Below, in pieces: positions 9,906-19,060 of a stretch of DNA of 64,000 nucleotides. The notes below the pieces were generated by a model, which worked only from the letters and a program-made list of their open reading frames with translations, was not told the origin of the DNA and did not search any database. Position numbers and translations under genes: made by a program. Position 1 is the stretch's first letter. Every line of letters starts with the position of its first letter. The DNA comes from a virus (Duplodnaviria > Caudoviricetes), in IMG/VR virus record IMGVR_UViG_2897059268_000002, positions 1-64,000 of that record. One strand, 5' to 3'.

Positions 9906-10862
9906 ATGACTCTCCCCGCACCCAGCCGCATCGGCCGCCAGCAGGCCACCTCCGACGAATACGACGACGGCCCGTTCACCTTCCGGCCCGCTACGAAGGA
10001 CGGCTTCACCGCCACCGTCGCCATCCAGGGTCCGTCTGGCTCCGGGAAGACGTGGACCGGGCTGTCCATCGCCAGCGGCCTCGCCGAAGGGGAGCGCTTC
10101 GCGGTCATCGACACCGAGCGCGGGGCCGCAGCCCTCTACGTCAACGACCTGGGCGTCGCCTTCGACACCCTGCCCATGCACCGGTACGACCCGCGGGACC
10201 TCCAGAAGGCCCTCGCCGCAGCAGCCCAAGCCGGCTACCGGGTCGTGATGGTCGACTCCCTGTCCCACTTCTGGAAGGGCACCGACGGAACCCTCGACCA
10301 GGTCGAGAAGGCCAAGTCGAAGTACGGCGGCAACAAGTTCGCCGGCTGGAAGGACGGCACCCCGCTCCAGAACGACATGATTGAAGCGCTCATGTCGTAC
10401 CCGGGGCACGTCGTCGTCACCATGCGGTCCTACGTGCACTGGGTCCTGGAGAACGGGTCGCCCGTCAACAAGGGCATGCGCGCCGAGCAGCGCAAGGGCA
10501 TCGAGTTCGAGTTCGGTGTCGCCGCCGAGATGGACGAGAACAACCGGCTGCGGTTCATCAAGTCCCGCTGCCCGTCCTTCCGTGGCCTCGTCCTCAACCA
10601 GCCGCACGGCGCGAAGGACATCGCCAAGCCGTACCTCGACTGGCTGCGCGACGGTGGCAAGGAGGCCGACCCGAGCGTCTGGATCGACGCCGCGAACGCA
10701 CCTGACGCCACGCCGGACGGGCTGCTCGCCCTGTACCGGGAGGTCGAAGCGGCCAGGGCTCTCGCCACCCCGCTGCTGCACCCGGACACGGGGGCGCCGA
10801 TCAGCCTCGGCGAACTCATCAAGGAGCGCGGTACCGCGCTCAAGGCGGCGTCCGCCGCCTAA
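9906..10862 (+). CDS. Sak4-like AAA ATPase (single-strand annealing recombinase)
   Basis: Walker A GPSGSGKT, IDTERG, VMVDSLSHFW; next to RecE-like gene. Confidence 0.82.
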   Translation: MTLPAPSRIGRQQATSDEYDDGPFTFRPATKDGFTATVAIQGPSGSGKTWTGLSIASGLAEGERFAVIDTERGAAALYVNDLGVAFDTLPMHRYDPRDLQKALAAAAQAGYRVVMVDSLSHFWKGTDGTLDQVEKAKSKYGGNKFAGWKDGTPLQNDMIEALMSYPGHVVVTMRSYVHWVLENGSPVNKGMRAEQRKGIEFEFGVAAEMDENNRLRFIKSRCPSFRGLVLNQPHGAKDIAKPYLDWLRDGGKEADPSVWIDAANAPDATPDGLLALYREVEAARALATPLLHPDTGAPISLGELIKERGTALKAASAA

Positions 10863-10945
10863 CTCACAGCCTCGGGGCCGTCCCGCCCGCCGCAAACAGG
10901 CGGGGCGGCCCCACCTTCCAGCACACCACACGCCAGGAGGAACCC

Positions 10946-11647
10946 GTGAAGCCGTTCAACGACCGAGCTGCACTCCAGCTGTTCAACGTCTCCGGTATGG
11001 ATATCCGCTTCGGCATAACGGAGGACAACCGTCCTTACGCAGTCGCCGCTGACTACGCCAAGGCTCTCGGATACCGAGACGCGGAGAAGGCCACGCGCCT
11101 CTTGGACGAGGAGGAGAAGGGTACCCAGATTGTGGGTACTTCGGAGAGTAGTGGGCGTATTACACAACGTCCCGTATCGGTGATCTATGAGGACGGACTT
11201 TGGGAGCTGATCTTCCGCAGCACCCTCCCCGGCGCCAAGGCGATCAAGAAGCAGGTCAAGCAAATCCTCAAGGAGATCCGCGAGACCGGCCAGTACGTAG
11301 CCGTTGCACCGCCGCTGATGGGCGGCGGAACCGTGCCATGGGAGCACGCCGCAGCCGTCGCCCGTAGCCACGGTCTCAAGGTCGATGCTCACGGCTTCAA
11401 GGCCCTGCTCATCTCTGGCGGAGTGCTGACCACCCGCAACGGCGCCCCGCGCCGGAAGTGGGAGTACCTGTTCTGGCCCGTTCCAGACTCCCCGCGGTGG
11501 GAGGTGCGCACAGTTGTGCTGCCCCAACTCGTGTACTTCGCAGCTCAAGTTCGCCGTGAGCTCGCGCTGGCTGAACGCGCCCTGCAGATGTCGCTGCCGT
11601 TCCCCGTCGCTGGCCCGACCCGCGACGAGCTTGGTGGTGCCTCATGA
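10946..11647 (+). CDS. BRO-N domain antirepressor-like protein
   Basis: PYAVAADYAKALGY...LDEEEKG...IYEDGLWELIFRSTLPGAK. Confidence 0.85.
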   Translation: MKPFNDRAALQLFNVSGMDIRFGITEDNRPYAVAADYAKALGYRDAEKATRLLDEEEKGTQIVGTSESSGRITQRPVSVIYEDGLWELIFRSTLPGAKAIKKQVKQILKEIRETGQYVAVAPPLMGGGTVPWEHAAAVARSHGLKVDAHGFKALLISGGVLTTRNGAPRRKWEYLFWPVPDSPRWEVRTVVLPQLVYFAAQVRRELALAERALQMSLPFPVAGPTRDELGGAS

Positions 11648-12012
11648 CCCGCCGCCTGTCCGTCGCTGAACGCCACGCCGCCGCCGAGAAGGACCTCCTG
11701 CTGGAGGACATAGCCGACCAGTCCGCCTGGGACCAGTTCCTCGTCGAGCAGGCCGTGTTGACCTTCGGCCGGCTCCACAACGACTTCTCGTGCAACGACC
11801 TCCGGGACGTCCTCCCGGAGATGGGGCACGGCTTCCTCGGCGCAGCCATCAACTCACTGCGCCAGGGCGGCATCATCCGCCACACCGGCCGGTCCGTGCC
11901 CTCCACCTCCCCGGCCACCCACGGACACCGGCTGGCCGTCTGGGAGCTCACCGACAAGGGCAGCCGCCTCGCCGCCGAGCGCACCGCCCGAGCCCGGGGG
12001 AGTGCGGCATGA
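11644..12012 (+). CDS. Hypothetical protein, possibly winged helix
   Basis: Coupled ORF. Confidence 0.65.
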   Translation: MTRRLSVAERHAAAEKDLLLEDIADQSAWDQFLVEQAVLTFGRLHNDFSCNDLRDVLPEMGHGFLGAAINSLRQGGIIRHTGRSVPSTSPATHGHRLAVWELTDKGSRLAAERTARARGSAA

Positions 12013-12350
12013 CCGACCTCGACACGATCCTCGCCGCCGGCCAGGCCCTCGCCGCGGTCCACGGCGCCGTCGACCAGACCATCAACGCCGCCCTCTACTA
12101 CGGACCTGGAGTCCTCGTCACCGCCGCGGCGTACACCGCCTGGCGCACCGGGCAGTGGACCGTCCGCCGCTACGACCAGCTGGTCCAGGACCGGGCCGAC
12201 CGGCGCGAGTACACCGCCCGCGCATACCGGTTGTGCCGCGTCGCCGACAGTGCCGACGCCGTCATCGCCCTCGGCGACAACACCGTCATCGAGTACCTCG
12301 ACAACAAGTACGACACCACCCCAGACCTCGCCCCGGAGGAGGGCCGATGA
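12009..12350 (+). CDS. Hypothetical protein
   Basis: ATGA overlap. Confidence 0.6.
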   Translation: MTDLDTILAAGQALAAVHGAVDQTINAALYYGPGVLVTAAAYTAWRTGQWTVRRYDQLVQDRADRREYTARAYRLCRVADSADAVIALGDNTVIEYLDNKYDTTPDLAPEEGR

Positions 12351-13324
12351 CCACCACAGCCCGCCGCAGCCGACCCCTCGCCCCCCACGGCACCTACTCC
12401 CGAGCCAACGGGCAGCACGGCATCCGGCCGCCCTGCCACTGCGAGCCCTGCCGCACCACCCGCAGCCGCGTCAAGAAGCAGCAGCGACTCAACCGGCACC
12501 GCGGCATCCGGCCGCTCGTCGACGCCGCGCCCACGGCCAAACGCCTCCACGAGCTCCACGAATCATCCGGCTGGGAGGACATTGCCCGCGCCGCGAAGAC
12601 TTCCGCTTCCCACCTCAGGGAGATTGCGTCGGGGCGCCTTACGCAGATCTCTCCGAAGACCCAGGCGAAGATCATGGCGATCCGTCCGGCCGTAACCGGC
12701 GGGCAGTACATCGACTCCACCGGTACCGTCCGCCGCGTGCGGGCGCTCATCGCCCTCGGCTACACCCTCATCGACATCGCCGAGTCGGCGAACGTCGCCG
12801 TCGCCCGTGTCCAGACCCTGGCCGCCGGCTACCCCTCGCTCCGCCGAACCGTCGCCGAACGCATCACGAACGCCTACCAGGAGCTGTCGGAGACATCCGG
12901 CAACAACACCAGGGCCAAGAACCGGGCCCGCACCAACGGGTGGGCGCCCCCCGCCACGTGGGATGACGACACCATCGATGACCCGCAGGGCCACCCCGAG
13001 TGGACCGGGTACTGCGGCACCGACCGCGGGTGGTGGACCCACCGCCAGCAGAACATCCCCGTGTGCGACGCGTGCGACCAGGCGCACATCCAGTGGAAAC
13101 GCGACCACCAGCACCTGCCGCGGACCGAGCTCATGGCCAGCCTCAACGCGTCCCGGGCCTCCGCCTCCCAGCGCGGTGAAGCCATCGCCCACGACGGGCG
13201 CGAACTGCTCGCGCAGGGCCACACCCCAGAGCAAGCGGCGGCCCGGCTCGGCATCAGCACCGACTACCTCCACCAAGAACTCCGCCGGCACCCCCTCGAC
13301 GAGCGGCAGGAGATGGCGGCATGA
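12347..13324 (+). CDS. Multi-HTH / Zn-binding phage DNA-binding protein
   Basis: HGTY..CHCEPC, RRVRALIALGYTLIDIAE, CGT...CDAC, C-terminal AAARLGIS. Confidence 0.72.
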   Translation: MTTTARRSRPLAPHGTYSRANGQHGIRPPCHCEPCRTTRSRVKKQQRLNRHRGIRPLVDAAPTAKRLHELHESSGWEDIARAAKTSASHLREIASGRLTQISPKTQAKIMAIRPAVTGGQYIDSTGTVRRVRALIALGYTLIDIAESANVAVARVQTLAAGYPSLRRTVAERITNAYQELSETSGNNTRAKNRARTNGWAPPATWDDDTIDDPQGHPEWTGYCGTDRGWWTHRQQNIPVCDACDQAHIQWKRDHQHLPRTELMASLNASRASASQRGEAIAHDGRELLAQGHTPEQAAARLGISTDYLHQELRRHPLDERQEMAA

Positions 13325-13548
13325 GGGACCTCGACACGTCGTGGCACGAGGAAGGCATCTGCCAGACCACGGATCCGGAGCTGTTCTTCCCGGAGTCAGG
13401 CCCCAGCGGCGACGCCATCAAGGTCTGCGCGGGCTGCCCGGTCCGCCGCCGCTGCCTGGAGCACGCGCTCACCGCACCCGAGGACCACGGCATCTGGGGC
13501 GGCACCACCCGCAACGAACGCCGGCGCATGAACCAGCAGGCGGCATGA
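13321..13548 (+). CDS. whiB: WhiB-family Fe-S transcription regulator
   Basis: C-x21-CxxC-x5-C, DPELFFP and GIWGG motifs. Confidence 0.93.
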   Translation: MRDLDTSWHEEGICQTTDPELFFPESGPSGDAIKVCAGCPVRRRCLEHALTAPEDHGIWGGTTRNERRRMNQQAA

Positions 13549-13630
13549 CAAGGGCGGGCCACGTGTGGTGGCCCGCCCACACGCACAGCAAAACCCCGCC
13601 GCGGCGGGGGAGGGAGGAGGGGAAGTGACG

Positions 13631-13870
13631 TCAGTCCGAGTCGGTGCCGCGGGCCCGGTCGAGCGTGCCCTTCGGGGCCTTCACGGTGCGCTTCTTCGGT
13701 GCGGGCGGCTCGATGCCGTTGGCCTTGCGCCAGGCGTTGACCTCGCGGACGACGTGCATGCGCATGTCGGCGGCGCGCGCGATGCCCTTTTCGGCGCACA
13801 GCTGGCCGTATGCGTCCCACGTTTCGTCGTCGATCCGGACCACTCGGCCGGGCTGCCCCTTCGTCGTCAT
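13631..13870 (-). CDS. Small ribbon-helix-helix-like regulator
   Basis: RVVRIDDETWDAYGQLCAEKG strand-helix pattern; divergent from methyltransferase. Confidence 0.6.
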   Translation of the reverse strand: MTTKGQPGRVVRIDDETWDAYGQLCAEKGIARAADMRMHVVREVNAWRKANGIEPPAPKKRTVKAPKGTLDRARGTDSD

Positions 13871-13893
13871 GTCGACAGCGTAGCTGACTGCCG

Positions 13894-13952
13894 GGTGACC
13901 GTGCACCCCTCAGTAGGTGACCGGTCAAAAGGCCTACTGGTGACCGGTCACC
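13894..13952. promoter_or_regulatory. Three palindromic operators, consensus GGTGACCGGTCACC
   Basis: Copies at 13894-13907, 13916-13929 and 13939-13952. Confidence 0.7.
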
Positions 13953-14041
13953 TTGCGCTAGAGTCGAAGCACGCCGAGAGGCCCGCCGACGAGAAATCCG
14001 GCAGCCACAAGGGCCTGGTTCCGTGCGCCCACTCGGCCCCC

Positions 14042-15061
14042 ATGACCACCTCCAACCAGGGGGACACCTTGACCACCGACACAGCCGTCGAGCTGTTCGC
14101 CGGCCCCGGCGGAATGACCCTCGGCCTCCACGCCGCAGACATCCACGGCACCGGCATCGAATGGGACCCCAACGCCGTCGCCACCCGACGCGCCGCCGGG
14201 CTCCCCACCATCCACGGGGACGTCCGAAACCACGGACCCCGCGACTTCCCCAACGCCGCCGTCCTCGCCGGAGGACCCCCCTGCCAGACGTTCACCGTCG
14301 CCGGGAACGGCACCGGGCGCCTGGCCCTCGCCGGGATCCTCGCCGCGATCAAACGCATGGCCGCCCGCGACACCACCCCCTACTCGTTCGAAGACGACCG
14401 CACCGCCCTCGTCCTCGAACCCCTCCGCTGGGCCCTCGAAGCCATCGACACCGGCCGCCCCTACCAACTGATCGTGCTGGAGCAGGTGCAGCAGGTGCAG
14501 CAGGTGTGGAACGGGTACGCCGAAGCACTCGCCGCCGAGGGCTACCACGTCGCCACCGGGGTCCTCGCCACCGAGCAGTACGGCATCCCGCAAACCCGCC
14601 GGCGGGCCGTCCTCATCGCCAACCTCAACGGCCCCATCGAACTCCCCGCACCCACGCATCGCCCGTACCGCAAGGGCGTCCCCCAGCGCGAAGGCGACGC
14701 CCGGCTCCTCCCGTGGGTGTCCATGGGTGACGCCCTCGACCGGCCGCAGCCGTTCACCGTCGTCTCCAACTACGGCACCGGCGGCGACCCCAAGAACCGC
14801 GGGCGCCGCACGTCCGCCGAACCGGCGTTCACCGTCACCGGGAAGATCAGCCGCAACCGGATCGTCGACGCATCCGGGGCCGAGCTCCCGCGGTTCACCG
14901 CAGCCGAAGCCGGAGTCCTCCAAGGCTTCCCCGGCGACTGGCCGTGGTCCGGCAACGACATCCCGCAGCAGATCGGGAACGCCTGCCCGCCAGCACTCGC
15001 CGCGGCGCTCGCCCACGCAAGCCGATCTACTTCGCCGGCCATCGTGGAAGCCGCCGCGTGA
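14042..15061 (+). CDS. DNA (cytosine-5) methyltransferase
   Basis: ELFAGPGG (I), GGPPCQ (IV), LEQV (VI), PQTRRR (VIII), QIGNA (X). Confidence 0.92.
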   Translation: MTTSNQGDTLTTDTAVELFAGPGGMTLGLHAADIHGTGIEWDPNAVATRRAAGLPTIHGDVRNHGPRDFPNAAVLAGGPPCQTFTVAGNGTGRLALAGILAAIKRMAARDTTPYSFEDDRTALVLEPLRWALEAIDTGRPYQLIVLEQVQQVQQVWNGYAEALAAEGYHVATGVLATEQYGIPQTRRRAVLIANLNGPIELPAPTHRPYRKGVPQREGDARLLPWVSMGDALDRPQPFTVVSNYGTGGDPKNRGRRTSAEPAFTVTGKISRNRIVDASGAELPRFTAAEAGVLQGFPGDWPWSGNDIPQQIGNACPPALAAALAHASRSTSPAIVEAAA

Positions 15062-15153
15062 CCGACCGCCCGGACCCCGCCCCCACCTGACCCGGCCGCG
15101 GGCCCCACACCGCAGCCGCCCGAACCTATCCGTACCGCTTGAAGGAGGTTCCC

Positions 15154-15753
15154 ATGAGCGCCGAGGCTATATCCCTTGCCGACCGCGTAGGCGGTGACGT
15201 TGGCAGGTCTATCGCGGCCAGCCTCCACCACGTTGAACTGCTGCGCGAGAAGGAAGTCAAGCTCGAAGCCGCACGTCACGAGGCTGAGACCCAGGTCATG
15301 CACAGGGTCGGCACCGCTTTCCGCCTCGGAGAGATCGACCACTACCAGCTCGTCGCGATCTACGAGCACTACAAGGCGATGGGTCTCGCGGGCCGGATGC
15401 ACCGATGGGACGAGCACGTCGGCATCTCGTGGAAGGTCATGACCTACCTGTCCCGGCAGCTGCCGAACGGCCCCGAAGGCAGCTGGATCGGCGAGTACCC
15501 CTTCCATGAGACGACCTCGGCTCCGGCCAGGGGGATCGCCGTCGTCTACGTCCTGTTCGACGACCTCAACACCCCCTGCTACGTGGGCTCGACGGACCAG
15601 TTCCGCACCCGCATGGCGTACCACCGGCGCCACGGCAAGCAGTTCGTCTCCTGGCAGGCCCATCCCTGCCGTGACCGCGAACACGCCTACGAACTGGAAG
15701 ACCGCCTACTGCGCCGGCACAAGCCGCGACTGAACCAGAAGGCATCCAGATGA
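15154..15753 (+). CDS. Protein with C-terminal GIY-YIG nuclease domain
   Basis: VVYVLF...YVGST...R..H, LE, PRLN. Confidence 0.75.
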   Translation: MSAEAISLADRVGGDVGRSIAASLHHVELLREKEVKLEAARHEAETQVMHRVGTAFRLGEIDHYQLVAIYEHYKAMGLAGRMHRWDEHVGISWKVMTYLSRQLPNGPEGSWIGEYPFHETTSAPARGIAVVYVLFDDLNTPCYVGSTDQFRTRMAYHRRHGKQFVSWQAHPCRDREHAYELEDRLLRRHKPRLNQKASR

Positions 15754-15812
15754 CCTAGTCGGCACACCCGCCCCACCTGAGACCTATCCGCACCGCCAGG
15801 AAGAAGACCGCC

Positions 15813-16703
15813 GTGACGCTGGATGCCATGGACTGGGTTTGGAAGCACTCCCGGTCGAAGGGCAACACCCGGATCGCCCTGCTGTTTGTGGCGGACCAGG
15901 TGCGCACCTCGGCGGCCGAGGTGCGGCTGGGACACCGCGCCTTGATGGCGGCTATGAACGCCACGTCGAAGGGCACCGTGGAGGCCGCTCTGAAGAAGGC
16001 CATGGACCTTGGCGAGTTGGAGGTCAAGGAGGTCGCTTCTGGGCGTCGAGCGGCTGTCTACCGGCTCCCGAAGGCCGTCGGCTACGCCCGGGAAGCTTCC
16101 GGTAGTGCCCCGATTTCCGGGGCGCAAGATTCTGGTAGTGCCCCGGAAACTGGGGCGCAAGACGTCAAGACGGCTTCGGATAGTGCCCCGAAAACCGGGG
16201 CACAAAGTTCAGCTTGTGCCCCGGTTTTTGACGCTAGTGCCCCGAAAAACGGGGCACCTCCCCATACCCAAACTACGCAGGCTAGTGAGCCCGCCCCGGA
16301 GCCCGACGCCTTCACCCGGTGCCAGCCCCTCGTACAGGCGATGACCGAAGCCGGCATCACCGTCAGCTGGAGCATGAAGCCCTCCGACTGGCTCGACATC
16401 GCGGCCATCATCCAGCGAGCCGGAGTCCCGGCCATGGTCGCCTTCGCCCGCGATACGAAAGCCACCGCCCGGCAGCCGGTCCGCTACGCAACGTTCTTCC
16501 TCCGCGGCGGCTGGCGCGGCCTCCCACCCGCCTCCGCAGTACCCCCGCCGCGGCCCGCCTCCGCCGCCGGGAAGCGCCCGCACTGCGGCCACCCGGACTG
16601 TGACCCGATCACCCGGACCCGCGAGATCGAAAACGACCGCGGACTCCGCAACCTCCACCCCTGCCCCGACTGCCACCCCACTGCGAAAGGCCAAGCCGCA
16701 TGA
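15813..16703 (+). CDS. Phage replication initiator (lambda O-like organisation)
   Basis: N-terminal wHTH-like region, internal iterons, coupled to DnaB. Confidence 0.75.
   Translation: MTLDAMDWVWKHSRSKGNTRIALLFVADQVRTSAAEVRLGHRALMAAMNATSKGTVEAALKKAMDLGELEVKEVASGRRAAVYRLPKAVGYAREASGSAPISGAQDSGSAPETGAQDVKTASDSAPKTGAQSSACAPVFDASAPKNGAPPHTQTTQASEPAPEPDAFTRCQPLVQAMTEAGITVSWSMKPSDWLDIAAIIQRAGVPAMVAFARDTKATARQPVRYATFFLRGGWRGLPPASAVPPPRPASAAGKRPHCGHPDCDPITRTREIENDRGLRNLHPCPDCHPTAKGQAA
16103..16257. repeat. Iteron array, probable phage origin
   Basis: T(A/T)GTGCCCCG at 16103, 16136, 16181, 16214 and 16235; four are followed by the inverted arm GGGGC(G/A)C. Confidence 0.8.
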
Positions 16704-18067
16704 CCGAGCCCTACTGGGAGCCCGACGTCGACAACCTCGACACCAGCGCCCCGCCGCACGACCGCGACGCCGAAGCCGCCGCACTCGGCTCCATGCTCCT
16801 CAGCCTCAACGTCATCGACCCCATCGCCGCGGTCCTGTCCTCCGCCGAAGACTTCTACGTCCCCCAGCACCAGATCATCTACCGGGCCATCACCGACCTC
16901 TACAGCCGCACCCGCGACCCGAAGATCGACCCCATCACCGTCGGTGCGGAACTCCTCGCCACCGGCGAACTCGGAAAGATCGGCGGCGCCCCCTACCTCC
17001 ACACCCTCGTTGCTGCCGTCCCCACCGCGGCAAACGCCACCTACTACGCCGAGATCATCCGCGAACGCGCACAGCTCCGAACCGTCCTCGAAGCAACCCG
17101 CCGCGCCACCCAGCGCGCCCTCACCGCCGCCCTCACCGCCCGAGAAATCCTCGACGCCGCCATGGCCGACCTCCAGGCCGCCGCCACCGGCACCGCCACC
17201 ACCAACGTGCGGCTCGCCGTCGCCGACCGGTGGATGGGCTTCGTCGACGAACTCGAAGCCGGCACCGACCCGCGTGCCCTCGACACCCCCTGGACAGACC
17301 TCAACGACGTCATCGAGCTCAAGCCCGGCCAGCTCATCACCGTCGGCGCCGCCACCGGAGGCGGCAAGTCACTCCTCGGCATGAACCTCGCCGCACACGT
17401 CGCCCTCACCCGCAGCAAGCCCGCCCTCGTCGCCTCCATGGAAATGGGCGGCAGTGAACTCATGGCCCGCCTCACAGCCGCCGAAGCCGGAGTCGTCCTC
17501 GACCGGCTCGTCCGCCGCCAGCTCGAACCCGGCGACTGGGACCGCGTATTCAAAGCCGCGCCCCGGCTCCAGAACGCCCACAACTTCATCCTCGACGACT
17601 CTCCGAACCTCACTGTCGGGAAGATCCGGGCCCGCATGCGGTGGATGGCCTCCACCGGGAACCCGCCCGCGATCGTCGTCGCCGACTACCTCCAGCTAAT
17701 GACGCCCGAAAACAGCAAGCCCAACGCCAACCGGGCCAACGAAGTCGCCGAACTCTCCCGCGGCTTGAAGCTCCTCGCCATGGAGTTCGAGATCCCCGTC
17801 GTCGCCCTCGCCCAGTTCAACCGCGGCGCCGTCGGCCGCACCCCCCAGGTGTCCGACTTCAAAGACTCCTCCGCGATCGAGCAGGACTCCAACGTCATCG
17901 TCCTCATGCACCGCCCCCTCAACGACGACGGCACCCCCGACGACGACCGGGCCGGCGAAATCGACCTCATCGTCGCGAAGAACCGCAACGGCGCCTCCGG
18001 GCGCATCGTCCCCCTCGTCTTCCAAGGCCACTACGCCCGACTCCGGTCCATGGGTCGCGGCATCTAA
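16700..18067 (+). CDS. dnaB: Replicative DNA helicase, DnaB family
   Basis: PPHDRDAEAAALG, Walker A GAATGGGKS, SMEM, VADYLQL, AQFNR, IEQDS, AKNRNG. Confidence 0.95.
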   Translation: MTEPYWEPDVDNLDTSAPPHDRDAEAAALGSMLLSLNVIDPIAAVLSSAEDFYVPQHQIIYRAITDLYSRTRDPKIDPITVGAELLATGELGKIGGAPYLHTLVAAVPTAANATYYAEIIRERAQLRTVLEATRRATQRALTAALTAREILDAAMADLQAAATGTATTNVRLAVADRWMGFVDELEAGTDPRALDTPWTDLNDVIELKPGQLITVGAATGGGKSLLGMNLAAHVALTRSKPALVASMEMGGSELMARLTAAEAGVVLDRLVRRQLEPGDWDRVFKAAPRLQNAHNFILDDSPNLTVGKIRARMRWMASTGNPPAIVVADYLQLMTPENSKPNANRANEVAELSRGLKLLAMEFEIPVVALAQFNRGAVGRTPQVSDFKDSSAIEQDSNVIVLMHRPLNDDGTPDDDRAGEIDLIVAKNRNGASGRIVPLVFQGHYARLRSMGRGI

Positions 18068-18076
18068 GGAGCTGAC

Positions 18077-18823
18077 ATGCAGATTCAGGACGACTGGCGC
18101 AGCCACCCCATCGGCGAAGAGATCGTCACCGCCACCCACCAGCAGATCACCCGGGCCGGCCACATCCCCGGCCAGCCCGGCGCGCTCGACGGCGACATGA
18201 CCATCGAGGCACTCCCCACCTGGTACGGCGGCACCACGTTCAGGTCCGCCCTCGAAGCGTCCTGGGCCGCGACCCTCGACACTCTTCGCATCGCCTGGGA
18301 GTACGAGCCCGAGACCATCACCCTCCCGTCCGGCGCCACCTACATCCCCGACTTCAAGCTCCCCGAGATCGGGGTCTGGCTGGAGGTCAAGGGCACCGGC
18401 GTACCCCGAGTCGAAAAGCCCGTCGAGTTCGGCAAGTCGCTCTCCTGCGACTGCGGCATCTACGACTGCACCTGCCAGTGGCCCGGCGGCGAACTCGTCA
18501 TCATCGGCCACCCGCCCCGGCCCTACGACCCCTGGGCCGACCCGCAGTTCGCCGACCTGGAGAACCTCAACTACCGGGCCATGGCGAATACCCGCCGGCG
18601 TCACGGCGGGCACCCCAACTGGACATCCACCCGCGGCCGGACCGCCTGGCTCACCCGGTGCGCCGACTGCAACCGCGGCACCTGGTTCGACTCCGCCCAG
18701 TGCCGTGCCTGCCGCGGCTCTCTCGCCGAGTGCCACGGCTACCAGGCCGGCGACCCGGGCATCGAGTTCCGGCGGATCACCGGGCCGAAGCCCGCAGGTG
18801 ACGATGAACCGGAGGTGGCGTGA
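18077..18823 (+). CDS. PD-(D/E)XK nuclease-like protein with C-terminal Cys motifs
   Basis: FRSALEASWA...WEYEP...YIPDF...WLEVKG. Confidence 0.75.
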   Translation: MQIQDDWRSHPIGEEIVTATHQQITRAGHIPGQPGALDGDMTIEALPTWYGGTTFRSALEASWAATLDTLRIAWEYEPETITLPSGATYIPDFKLPEIGVWLEVKGTGVPRVEKPVEFGKSLSCDCGIYDCTCQWPGGELVIIGHPPRPYDPWADPQFADLENLNYRAMANTRRRHGGHPNWTSTRGRTAWLTRCADCNRGTWFDSAQCRACRGSLAECHGYQAGDPGIEFRRITGPKPAGDDEPEVA

Positions 18824-19060
18824 TGCGCACGTTGAACCCCGACAGGGGGACCGGTCTTGGGGTGGGGTGCGGGCGCGAGGCCCCTTCGCGGGGCAGAGCG
18901 GGGCCTCTCGCGGCCGAACAGGCGTCCAGCGCCCCGGAGCCCCGCCGGGGCGGAGAACGCCAGCGAGGCGCCCAGTGGGCCGCCCGACCGTAAAGAAGCC
19001 CAGAAAGCCGACCAAACCGCTCAAATCTCATCACCCATCGACCCGAAAGGAGTGACCCCG

